From the NCBI RefSeq assembly GCF_009914755.1, contig NC_060943.1: a DNA stretch of 64,000 bases. The stretch is one strand, 5' to 3'. This document shows positions 43,101 through 56,000 of the stretch, piece by piece. Source of the DNA: the human T2T-CHM13v2.0 reference genome, Homo sapiens. The translations under genes were made by a program, and so were the position numbers. Under the pieces are notes generated by a model. The model was not told the DNA's origin. It worked only from the letters and a program-made list of their open reading frames with translations, and did no database searches. The first letter of the stretch is position 1; each line of letters starts with the position of its first letter.

Positions 43101-45400
43101 CAAGTGGAGATTTCAAGCGCTTTGGGGCCAAAGGCAGAAAAGGAAATATCTTCGTATAAAAACTAGACAGAATCATTCTCAGAAACTGCTCTGTGATGTG
43201 TGCGTTCAACTCTCAGAGTTTAACTTTTCTTTTCATTCAGCAGTTTGGAAACACTCTGTAAAGTCTGCACGTAGATATTTTGACCACTTAGAGGCCTTCG
43301 TTGGAAACGGGTTTTTATCATGTAAGGCTAGACAGAAGAATTCCCAGTAACTTCCTTGTGTTGTGTGCATTCAACTCACAGAGACGAACGTTCCCTTAGA
43401 CAGAGCAGATTTGAAACACTCTATTGGTGTAATTTGCAAGTGTAGATTTCAAGCGCTTTAAGGTCAATGGCAGAAAAGGAAATATCTCCGTTTCAAAACT
43501 AGACAGAATCATTCCCACAAACTGCGTTGTGATGTGTTCGTTCCACTCACAGAGTTTAACCTTTCTGTTCATAGAGCAGTTAGGAAACACTCTGTTTGTA
43601 AAGTCTGTAAGTGGATATTCTGACATCTTGTGGCCTTCGTTGGAAACGGGATTTCTTCATATTCTGCTAGACAGAAGAATTCTCAGTAACTTCCTTGTGT
43701 TGTGTGTATTCAACTCACAGAGTGGAACGATCCTTTACACAGAGCAGACTTGAAACACTCTTTTTGTGGAATTTGCAAGTGGAGATTTCTGCCGCTTTGA
43801 GGTCAATTGTAGAATAGGAAATATCTTCCTATAGAAACTAGACAGAATGATTCTCAGAAACTCATTTGTGATGTGTGCGTTCAACTCACAGAGTTTAACC
43901 TTTCTTTTCATAGAGCAGTTAGGAAACACTCTGTTTGTAAAGTCTGCAAGTGGATATTCAGACCTCTTTGTGGCCTTCGTTGGAAACGGGATTTCTTCAT
44001 ATGATGCTAGACAGAAGAATTCTCAGTAACTTCCTTGTGTTGTGTGTATTCAACTCACAGAGTTGAACGATCCTTTACACAGAGCAGACTTGAAACACTC
44101 TTTTTGTGGAATTTGCATGTGGAGATTTCAGCCGCTTTGAGTTCAATGGTAGAATAGAAAATATCTTCCTATAGAAACTAGACAGAATGATTCTCAGAAA
44201 CTCCTTTGTGATGTGTGCGTTCAACTCACAGAGTTTAACCTTTCTTTTCATAGAGCAGTTAGGAAACACTCTGTTTGTAAAGTCTGCATGTGGATATTTG
44301 GACTTCTTTGAGGCCTTCGTTGGAAACGGGTTTTTTTCATGTAACGCTAGACAGAAGAATTCTCAGTAACTTCCTTGTGTTGTGTGTATTCAACTGACAG
44401 AGTTGAACTTTCATTTAGAGAGAGCAGATTTGAAACACTGTTTTTGTGGAATTTGCAAGTGGAGATTTCAAGCGCTTTGGGGCCAAAGGCAGAAAAGGAA
44501 ATATCTTCGTATAAAAACTAGACAGAATCATTCTCAGAAACTGCTCTGTGATGTGTGCGTTCAACTCTCAGAGTTTAACTTTTCTTTTCATTCAGCAGTT
44601 TGGAAACACTCAGTTTGTAAAGTCTGCACGTGGATATTTTGACCACTTAGAGGTCTTCGTTGGAAACGGGTTTTTTTCATGTAAGGCTAGACAGAAGAAT
44701 TCCCAGTAACTTCCTTGTGTTGTGTGCATTCAACTCACAGAGATGAACGTTCCCTTAGACAGAGCAGATGTGAAACACTCTATTTGTGCAATTTGCAAGT
44801 GTAGATTTCAAGCACTTTAAGGTCAATGGCATAAAAGGAAATATCTTCGTTTCAAAACTAGACAGAATCATTCCCACAAACTGCGTTGGGATGTGCTCGT
44901 TCAACTCACAGAGTTTAAACTTTCTGTTCATAGAGCAGTTAGGAAACACTCTGTTTGTAAAGTCTGTAAGTGGATATTCTGACATCTTGTGGCCTTTGTT
45001 GGAAACGGGATTTCTTCATATTCTGCTAGACAGAAGAATTCTCAGTAACTTCTTTGTGTTGTGTGTATTCAACTCACAGAGTTGAACGATCCTTTACACA
45101 GAGCAGACTTGAAACACTCTTTTTGTGGAATTTGCAAGTGGAGATTTCAGCCGCTTTGAGGTCAATGGTAGAATAGGAAATATCTTCCTATAGAAACTAG
45201 ACAGAATGATTCTCAGAAACTCCTTTGTGATGCGTGCGTTCAACTCACAGAGTTTAACCTTTCTTTTCATAGAGCAGTTAGGAAACACTCTGTTTGTAAA
45301 GTCTGCAATTGGATATTCAGACCTCTATTAGGCCTTCGTTGGAAACGGGATTTCTTCATATTCTGCTAGACAGAAGAATTCTCAGTAACTTCCTTGTGTT
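31140..45400 (+). repeat. Tandem duplication, unit 7126-7130 bp (42 monomers), 2 copies
   Basis: Variant pattern and ORF track recur at +7126 (31517/38643, 32503/39629, 34542/41668). After a 4-bp indel at ~35793 they recur at +7130 (35897/43027, 37252/44382, 37964/45094). Confidence 0.93.
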
Positions 45401-47139
45401 GTGTGTATTCAACTGACAGAGTTGAACTTTCATTTAGAGAGAGCAGATTTGAAACACTGTTTTTGTGGAATTTGCAAGTGGAGATTTCAAGCGCTTTGGG
45501 GCCAAAGGCAGAAAAGGAAATATCTTCGTATAAAAACTAGACAGAATCATTCTCAGAAACTGCTCTGTGATGTGTGCGTTCAACCCTCAGAGTTTAACTT
45601 TTCTTTTCATTCAGCAGTTTGGAAACACTCTGTAAAGTCTGCACGTAGATATTTTGACCACTTAGAGGCCTTCGTTGGAAACGGGTTTTTTTCATGTAAG
45701 GCTAGACAGAAGAATTCCCAGTAACTTCCTTGTGTTGTGTGCATTCAACTCACAGAGATGAACGTTCCCTTAGACAGAGCAGATTTGAAACACTCTATTG
45801 GTGTAATTTGCAAGTGTAGATTTCAAGCGCTTTAAGGTCAATGGCAGAAAAGGAAATATCTCCGTTTCAAAACTAGACAGAATCATTCCCACAAACTGCG
45901 TTGTGATGTGTTCGTTCAACTCACAGAGTTTAACCTTTCTGTTCATAGAGCAGTTAGGAAACACTCTGTTTGTAAAGTCTGTAAGTGGATATTCTGACAT
46001 CTTGTGGCCTTCGTTGGAAACGGGATTTCTTCATATTCTGCTAGACAGAAGAATTCTCAGTAACTTCCTTGTGTTCCGTGTATTCAACTCACAGAGTGGA
46101 ACGATCCTTTACACAGAGCAGACTTGAAACACTCTTTTTGTGGAATTTGCAAGTGGAGATTTCTGCCGCTTTGAGGTCAATTGTAGAATAGGAAATATCT
46201 TCCTATAGAAACTAGACAGAATGATTCTCAGAAACTCCTTTGTGATGTGTGCGTTCAACTCACAGAGTTTAACCTTTCTTTTCATAGAGCAGTTAGGAAA
46301 CACTCTGTTTGTAAAGTCTGCAAGTGGATATTCAGACCTCTTTGTGGCCTTCGTTGGAAACGGGATTTCTTCATATGATGCTAGACAGAAGAATTCTCAG
46401 TAACTTCCTTGTGTTGTGTGTATTCAACTCACAGAGTTGAACGATCCTTTACACAGAGCAGACTTGAAACACTCTTTTTGTGGAATTTGCATGTGGAGAT
46501 TTCAGCCGCTATGGGGTCAATGGTAGAATAGGAAATATCTTCCTATAGAAACTAGACAGAATGATTCTAAGAAACTCCTTTGTGATGTGTGCGTTCAACT
46601 CACAGAGTTTAACCTTTCTTTTCATAGAGCAGTTAGGAAACACTCTGTTTATAAGTCTGCAAGTGGATATTCAGACCTCTTTGAGGCCTTCGTTGGAAAC
46701 GGGATTTCTTAATATTCTGCTAGACAGAAGAATTCTCAGTAACTTCCTTGTGTTGTGTGTATTCAACTCACAGAGTTGAACGATCCTTTACACAGAGCAG
46801 ACTTGAAACACTCTTTTTGTGGAATTTGCAAGGGGAGATTTCAGCCGCTTTGAGGTCAATAGTAGAAAAGGAAATATCTTCATATAGAAACTAGACAGAA
46901 TGATTCTCAGAAACTCCTTTGTGATGTGTGCGTTCAACTCACAGAGTTTAACTTTCTTTTCATAGAGCAGTTAGGAAACACTCTGTTTGTAAAGTCTGCA
47001 TGTGGATATTTGGACTTCTTTGAGGCCTTCGTTGGAAACGGGATTTTTTCATGTAACGCTAGACAGAAGAATTCTCAGTAACTTCCTTGTGTTGTGTGTA
47101 TTCAACTGACAGAGTTGAACTTTCATTTAGAGAGAGCAG

Positions 47140-50100
47140 ATTTGAAACACTGTTTTTGTGGAATTTGCAAGTGGAGATTTCAAGCGCTTTGGGGCCAAAG
47201 GCAGAAAAGGAAATATCTTCGTATAAAAACTAGACAGAATCATTCTCAGAAACTGCTCTGTGATGTGTGCGTTCAACTCTCAGAGTTTAACTTTTCTTTT
47301 CATTCAGCAGTTTGGAAACACTCAGTTTGTAAAGTCTGCACGTGGATATTTTGACCACTTAGAGGTCTTCGTTGGAAACGGGTTTTTTTCATGTAAGGCT
47401 AGACAGAAGAATTCCCAGTAACTTCCTTGTGTTGTGTGCATTCAACTCACAGAGATGAACGTTCCCTTAGACAGAGCAGATGTGAAACACTCTATTTGTG
47501 CAATTTGCAAGTGTAGATTTCAAGCACTTTAAGGTCAATGGCATAAAAGGAAATATCTTCGTTTCAAAACTAGACAGAATCATTCCCACAAACTGCGTTG
47601 GGATGTGCTCGTTCAACTCACAGAGTTTAAACTTTCTGTTCATAGAGCAGTTAGGAAACACTCTGTTTGTAAAGTCTGTAAGTGGATATTCTGACATCTT
47701 GTGGCCTTTGTTGGAAACGGGATTTCTTCATATTCTGCTAGACAGAAGAATTCTCAGTAACTTCTTTGTGTTGTGTGTATTCAACTCACAGAGTTGAACG
47801 ATCCTTTACACAGAGCAGACTTGAAACACTCTTTTTGTGGAATTTGCAAGTGGAGATTTCAGCCGCTTTGAGGTCAATGGTAGAATAGGAAATATCTTCC
47901 TATAGAAACTAGACAGAATGATTCTCAGAAACTCCTTTGTGATGCGTGCGTTCAACTCACAGAGTTTAACCTTTCTTTTCATAGAGCAGTTAGGAAACAC
48001 TCTGTTTGTAAAGTCTGCAATTGGATATTCAGACCTCTATTAGGCCTTCGTTGGAAACGGGATTTCTTCATATTCTGCTAGACAGAAGAATTCTCAGTAA
48101 CTTCCTTCTGTTGTGTGTATTCAACTCACAGAGTTGAACGATCCTTTACACAGAGCAGTCTTGAAACACTCTTTTTGTGGAATTTGCAAGTGGAGATTTC
48201 TGCCGCTTTGTGGTCAATGGTAGAATAGGAAATATCTTCCTATAGAAACTAGACAGAATGATTCTCAGAAACTCCTTTGTGATGTGGGCGTTCAACTCAC
48301 AGAGTTTAACCTTTCTTTTCATAGAGCAGTTAGGAAACACTCTGTTTGTAAAGTCTGCATGTGGATATTTGGACTTCTTTGAGGCCTTCGTTGGAAACGG
48401 GTTTTTTCATGTAAGGCTAGACAGAAGAATTCTCAGTAACTTCCTTGTGTTGTGTGTATTCAACTGACAGAGTTGAACTTTCATTTAGAGAGAGCAGATT
48501 TGAAACACTGTTTTTGTGGAATTTGCAAGTGGAGATTTCAAGCGCTTTGGGGCCAACGGCAGAAAAGGAAATATCTTCGTATAAAAACTAGACAGAATCA
48601 TTCTCAGAAACTGCTCTGTGATGTGTGCGTTCAACTCTCAGAGTTTAACTTTTCTCTTCATTCAGCAGTTTGGAAACACTCTGTAAAGTCTGCACGTAGA
48701 TATTTTGACCACTTAGAGGCCTTCGTTGGAAACGGGTTTTTTTCATGTAAGGCAAGACAGAAGAATTCCCAGTAACTTCCTTGTGTTGTGTGCATTCAAC
48801 TCACAGAGATGAACGTTCCCTTAGACAGAGCAGATTTGAAACACTCTATTTGTGTAATTTGCAAGTGTAGATTTCAAGCGCTTTAAGGTCAATGGCAGAA
48901 AAGGAAATATCTCCGTTTCAAAACTAGACAGAATCATTCCCACAAACTGCGTTGTGATGTGTTCGTTCAACTCACAGAGTTTAACCTTTCTGTTCATAGA
49001 GCAGTTAGGAAACACTCTGTTTGTAAAGTCTGTAAGTGGATATTCTGACATCTTGTGGCCTTCGTTGGAAACGGGATTTCTTCATATTATACTAGACAGA
49101 AGAATTCTCAGTAACTTCTTTGTGTTGTGTGTATTCAACTCACAGAGTTGAACGATCCTTTACACAGAGCAGACTTGAAACACTCTTTTTGTGGAATTTG
49201 CAAGTGGAGATTTCAGCCGCTTTGAGGTCAATGGTAGAATAGGAAATATCTTCCTATAGAAACTAGACAGAATGATTCTCAGAAACTCCTTTGTGATGTG
49301 TGCGTTCAACTCACAGAGTTTAACCTTTCTTTTCATAGAGCAGTTAGGAAACACTCTGTTTGTAAAGTCTGCAAGTGGATATTCAGACCTCTTTGAGGCC
49401 TTCGTTGGAAACGGGATTTCTTCATATTCTGCTAGACAGAAGAATTCTCAGTAACTTCCTTGTGTTGTGTGTATTCAACTCACAGAGTTGAACGATCCTT
49501 TACACAGAGCAGACTTGAAACACTCTTTTTGTGGAATTTGAAAGGGGAGATTTCAGCCGCTTTGAGGTCAATAGTAGAAAAGGAAATATCTTCATATAGA
49601 AATTATACAGAATGATTCTCAGAAACTCCTTTGTGATGTGTGCGTTCAACTCACAGAGTTTAACCTTTCTTTTCATAGAGCAGTTAGGAAACACTCTGTT
49701 TGTAAAGTCTGCAAGTGGATATTCAGACCCCCTTTAGGCCTTCGTTGGAAGTGGGATTTCTTCATATTCTGCTAGACAGAAGAATTCTCAGAAACTTCCT
49801 TGTGTTGTGTGTATTCAACTCACAGAGTTGAACGATCCTTTACACAGAGCAGACTTGAAACACTCTTTTTGTGGAATTTGCAAGTGGAGATTTCAGCCAC
49901 TTTGAGGTCAATGGTAGAATAGGAAATATCTTCCTATAGAAACTAGACAGAATGATTCTCAGAAACTCCTTTGTGATGTGTGCGTTCAACTCACAGAGTT
50001 TAACCTTTCTTTTCATAGAGCAGTTAGGAAACACTCTGTTTCTAAAGTCTGCATGTGGATATTTGGACTTCTTTGAGGCCTTCGTTGAAAACGGGTTTTT

Positions 50101-53040
50101 TTCATGTAAGGCTAGACAGAAGAATTCTCAGTAACTTCCTTGTGTTGTGTGTGTTCAACTGACAGAGTTGAACTTTCATTTAGAGAGAGCAGATTTGAAA
50201 CACTGTTTTTGTGGAATTTGCAAGTGGAGATTTCAAGCGCTTTGGGGCCAAAGGCAGAAAAGGAAATATCTTCGTATAAAAACTAGACAGAATCATTCCC
50301 ACAAACTGCGTTGTGATGTGTTCGTTCAACTCACAGAGTTTAACCTTTCTGTTCATAGAGCAGTTAGGAAACACTCTGTTTGTAAAGTCTGTAACTGGAT
50401 ATTCTGACATCTTGTGGCCTTCGTTGGAAACGGGATTTCTTCATATTATGCTAGACAGGAGAATTCTCAGTAACTTCTTTGTGTTGTGTGTATTCAACTC
50501 ACAGAGTTGAACGATCCTTTACACAGAGCAATCTTGAAACACTGTTTTTGTGGAATTTGCAAGTGGAGATTTCAAGCGCTTTGGGGCCAAAGGCAGAAAA
50601 GGAAATATCTTCGTATAAAAACTAGACAGAATCATTCTCAGAAACTGCTCTGTGATGTGTGCGTTCAACTCTCAGAGTTTAACTTTTCTTTTCATTCAGC
50701 AGTTTGGAAACACTCAGTTTGTAAAGTCTGCACGTGGATATTTTGACCACTTAGAGGTCTTCGTTGGAAACGGGTTTTTTTCATGTAAGGCTAGACAGAA
50801 GAATTCCCAGTAACTTCCTTGTGTTGTGTGCATTCAACTCACAGAGATGAACGTTCCCTTAGACAGAGCAGATGTGAAACACTCTATTTGTGCAATTTGC
50901 AAGTGTAGATTTCAAGCACTTTAAGGTCAATGGCATAAAAGGAAATATCTTCGTTTCAAAACTAGACAGAATCATTCCCACAAACTGCGTTGGGATGTGC
51001 TCGTTCAACTCACAGAGTTTAAACTTTCTGTTCATAGAGCAGTTAGGAAACACTCTGTTTGTAAAGTCTGTAAGTGGATATTCTGACATCTTGTGGCCTT
51101 TGTTGGAAACGGGATTTCTTCATATTCTGCTAGACAGAAGAATTCTCAGTAACTTCTTTGTGTTGTGTGTATTCAACTCACAGAGTTGAACGATCCTTTA
51201 CACAGAGCAGACTTGAAACACTCTTTTTGTGGAATTTGCAAGTGGAGATTTCAGCCGCTTTGAGGTCAATGGTAGAATAGGAAATATCTTCCTATAGAAA
51301 CTAGACAGAATGATTCTCAGAAACTCCTTTGTGATGCGTGCGTTCAACTCACAGAGTTTAACCTTTCTTTTCATAGAGCAGTTAGGAAACACTCTGTTTG
51401 TAAAGTCTGCAATTGGATATTCAGACCTCTATTAGGCCTTCGTTGGAAACGGGATTTCTTCATATTCTGCTAGACAGAAGAATTCTCAGTAACTTCCTTC
51501 TGTTGTGTGTATTCAACTCACAGAGTTGAACGATCCTTTACACAGAGCAGTCTTGAAACACTCTTTTTGTGGAATTTGCAAGTGGAGATTTCTGCCGCTT
51601 TGTGGTCAATGGTAGAATAGGAAATATCTTCCTATAGAAACTAGACAGAATGATTCTCAGAAACTCCTTTGTGATGTGGGCGTTCAACTCACAGAGTTTA
51701 ACCTTTCTTTTCATAGAGCAGTTAGGAAACACTCTGTTTGTAAAGTCTGCATGTGGATATTTGGACTTCTTTGAGGCCTTCGTTGGAAACGGGTTTTTTC
51801 ATGTAAGGCTAGACAGAAGAATTCTCAGTAACTTCCTTGTGTTGTGTGTATTCAACTGACAGAGTTGAACTTTCATTTAGAGAGAGCAGATTTGAAACAC
51901 TGTTTTTGTGGAATTTGCAAGTGGAGATTTCAAGCGCTTTGGGGCCAACGGCAGAAAAGGAAATATCTTCGTATAAAAACTAGACAGAATCATTCTCAGA
52001 AACTGCTCTGTGATGTGTGCGTTCAACTCTCAGAGTTTAACTTTTCTCTTCATTCAGCAGTTTGGAAACACTCTGTAAAGTCTGCACGTAGATATTTTGA
52101 CCACTTAGAGGCCTTCGTTGGAAACGGGTTTTTTTCATGTAAGGCAAGACAGAAGAATTCCCAGTAACTTCCTTGTGTTGTGTGCATTCAACTCACAGAG
52201 ATGAACGTTCCCTTAGACAGAGCAGATTTGAAACACTCTATTTGTGTAAGTTGCAAGTGTAGATTTCAAGCGCTTTAAGGTCAATGGCAGAAAAGGAAAT
52301 ATCTCCGTTTCAAAACTAGACAGAATCATTCCCACAAACTGCGTTGTGATGTGTTCGTTCAACTCACAGAGTTTAACCTTTCTGTTCATAGAGCAGTTAG
52401 GAAACACTCTGTTTGTAAAGTCTGTAAGTGGATATTCTGACATCTTGTGGCCTTCGTTGGAAACGGGATTTCTTCATATTATGCTAGACAGAAGAATTCT
52501 CAGTAACTTCTTTGTGTTGTGTGTATTCAACTCACAGAGTTGAACGATCCTTTACACAGAGCAGACTTGAAACACTCTTTTTGTGGAATTTGCAAGTGGA
52601 GATTTCAGCCGCTTTGAGGTCAATGGTAGAATAGGAAATATCTTCCTATAGAAACTAGACAGAATGATTCTCAGAAACTCCTTTGTGATGTGTGCGTTCA
52701 ACTCACAGAGTTTAACCTTTCTTTTCATAGAGCAGTTAGGAAACACTCTGTTTATAAAGTCTGCAAGTGGATATTCAGACCTCTTTGAGGCCTTCGTTGG
52801 AAACGGGATTTCTTCATATTCTGCTAGACAGAAGAATTCTCAGTAACTTCCTTGTGTTGTGTGTATTCAACTCACAGAGTTGAACGATCCTTTACACAGA
52901 GCAGACTTGAAACACTCTTTTTGTGGAATTTGCAAGGGGAGATTTCAGCCGCTTTGAGGTCAATAGTAGAAAAGGAAATATCTTCATATAGAAATTATAC
53001 AGAATGATTCTCAGAAACTCCTTTGTGATGTGTGCGTTCA
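47140..53040 (+). repeat. Direct duplication of about 2.5 kb at offset 3392 bp (20 monomers)
   Basis: Matching variants at +3392: 47467/50859, 48146/51538, GGCCAACGGC 48551/51943, GGCAAGAC 48751/52143, AATTATAC 49601/52993. Identity breaks down after about 49.7/53.05 kb. Confidence 0.88.
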
Positions 53041-56000
53041 ACTCACAGAGTTTCACCTTTCTTTTCATAGAGCAGTTAGGAAACACTCTGTTTGTAAAGT
53101 CTGCAAGTGGATATTCAGACCTCTATGAGGCCTTCGTTGGAAACGGGATTTCTTCATATTCTGCTAGACAGAAGAATTCTCAGTAACTTCCTTGTGTTGT
53201 GTGTATTCAACTCACAGAGTTGAACGATCCTTTACAAAGAGGAGTCTTGAAACACTCTTTTTGTGGAATTTGGAAGTGGAGATTTCTGCCGCTGTGAGGT
53301 CAATGGTAGAATAGGAAATATCTTCCTATAGAAACTAGACAGAATGATTCTCAGAAACTCCTTTGTGATGTGGGCGTTCAACTCACAGAGTTTAACCTTT
53401 CTTTTCATAGAGCAGTTAGGAAACACTCTGTTTGTAAAGTCTGCATGTGGATATTTGGACTTCTTTGAGGCCTTCGTTGGAAACGGGTTTTTTTCATGTA
53501 ACGCTAGACAGAAGAATTCTCAGTAACTTCCTTGTGTTGTGTGTATTCAACTGACAGAGTTGAACTTTCATTTAGAGAGAACAGATTTGAAACACTGTTT
53601 TTGTGGAATTTGCAAGTGGAGATTTCAAGCGCTTTGGGGCCAAAGGCAGAAAAGGAAATATCTTCGTATAAAAACTAGACAGAATCATTCTCAGAAACTG
53701 CTCTGTGATGTGTGCGTTCAACTCTCAGAGTTTAACTTTTCTTTTCATTCAGTAGTTTGGAAACACTCTGTTTGTAAAGTCTGCACGTGGATATTTTGAC
53801 CACTTAGAGGCCTTCGTTGGAAACGGGTTTTTTTCATGTAAGGCTAGACAGAAGAATTCCCAGTAACTTCCTTGTGTTGTGTACATTCAACTCACAGAGA
53901 TGAACATTCCCTTAGACAGAGCAGATTTGAAACACTCTATTTGTGTAATTTGCAATTGTAGATTTCAAGCGCTTTAAGGTCAATGGCAGAAAAGGAAATA
54001 TCTGCGTTTCAAAACTAGACAGAATCATTCCCACAAACTGCGTTGTGACGTGTTCGTTCAACTCACAGAGTTCAACCTTTCTCTTCATAGAGCAGTTAGG
54101 AAACACTCTGTTTGTAAAGTCTGTAAGTGGATATTCTGACATCTTGTGGCCTTCGTTGGAAACGGGATTTCTTCATATTATGCTAGACAGAAGAATTCTC
54201 AGTAACTTCTTTGTGTTGTGTGTATTCAACTCACAGAGTTGAACGATCCTTTACACAGAGCAGACTTGAAACACACTTTTTGTGGAATTTGCAAGTGGAG
54301 ATTTCAGCCGGTTTGAGGTCAATGGTAGAATAGGAAATATCTTCCTATAGAAACTAGACAGAATGATTCTCAGAAACTCCTTTGTGATGTGTGCGTTCAC
54401 CTCACAGAGATCAACCTTTCTTTTCATAGAGCAGTTAGGAAACACTCTGTTTATAAAGTCTGCAAGTGGATATTCAGACCTCTTTCAGGCCTTCGTTGGA
54501 AACGGGATTTCTTCATATTCTGCTAGACAGAAGAATTCTCAGTAACTTCCTTGTGTTGTGTGTATTCAACTCACAGAGTTGAACGATTCTTTACACAGAG
54601 CAGACTTGAAACACTCTTTTTGTGGAGTTTGCAAGGGGAGATTTCAGCCGCTTTGAGGTCAATAGTAGAAAAGGAAATATCTCCATATAGAAACTAGACA
54701 GAATGATTCTCAGAAACTCCTTTGTGATGTGTGCGTTCAACTCACAGAGTTTAACCTTTCTTTTCATAGAGCAGTTAGGAAACACTCTGTTTGTAAAGTC
54801 TGCAAGTGGATATTCAGACCTCTTTGAGGCCTTCGTTGGAAACGGGGTTTCTTCATATTCTGCTAGACAGAAGAATTCTCAGTAACTTCCTTGTATTGTG
54901 TGTATTCAACTCACGGAGTTGAACGATCCTTTACACAGAGCAAACTTGAAACACTCTTTTTGTGGAATTTGCAAGTGGACATTTCAGCCGCTATGGGGTC
55001 AATGGTAGAATAGGAAATATCTTCCTATAGAAACTAGACAGAATGATTCTCAAAAACTCCTTTGTGATGTGGGCGTTCAACTCACAGAGTTTAACCTTTC
55101 TTTTCATAGAGCAGTTAGGAAACACTCTGTTTGTAAAGTCTGCAAATGGATATTCAGACCTCTTTGAGGCCTTCGTTGGAAACGGGATTTCTTCATATTC
55201 TGCTAGACAGAAGAATTCTCAGTAACTTCCTTGTGTTGTGTGTATTCAACTCACAGAGTTGAACGATCCTTTACACAGAGCAGTCTTGAAACACTCTTTT
55301 TGTGGAATTTGCAAGTGGAGATTTCTGCCACTTTGAGGTCAATGGTAGAATAGGAAATATCTTCCTATAGAAACTAGACAGAATGATTCTCAGAAACTCC
55401 TTTGTGATGTGTGCGTTCAACTCACAGAGTTTAACCTTTCTTTTCATAGAGCAGTTAGGAAACACTCTGTTTGTAAAGACTGCATGTGGATATTTGGACT
55501 TCTTTGAGGCCTTCGTTGGAAACGGGTTTTTTTCATGTAACGCTAGACAGAAGAATTCTCAGTAACTTCCTTGTGTTGTGTGTATTCAACTGACAGAGTT
55601 GAACTTTCATTTAGAGAGAGCAGATTTGAAACACTGTTTTTGTGGAATTTGCAAGTGGAGATTTCAAGCGCTTTGGGGCCAAAGGCAGAAAAGGAAATAT
55701 CTTCGTATAAAAACTAGACAGAATCATTCTCAGTAACTGCTCTGTGATGTGTGCGTTCAACTCTCAGAGTTTAACTTTTCTTTTCATTCAGCAGTTTGGA
55801 AACACTCAGTTTGTAAAGTCTGCATGTGGATATTTTGACCACTTAGGGGTCTTCGTTGGAAACGGGTTTTTTTCATGTAAGGCTAGACAGAAGAATTACC
55901 AGTAACTTCCTTGTGTTGTGTGCATTCAACTCACAGAGATGAACGTTCCCTTAGACAGAGCAGATTTGAAACACTCTATTTGTGCAATTTGCAAGTGTAG

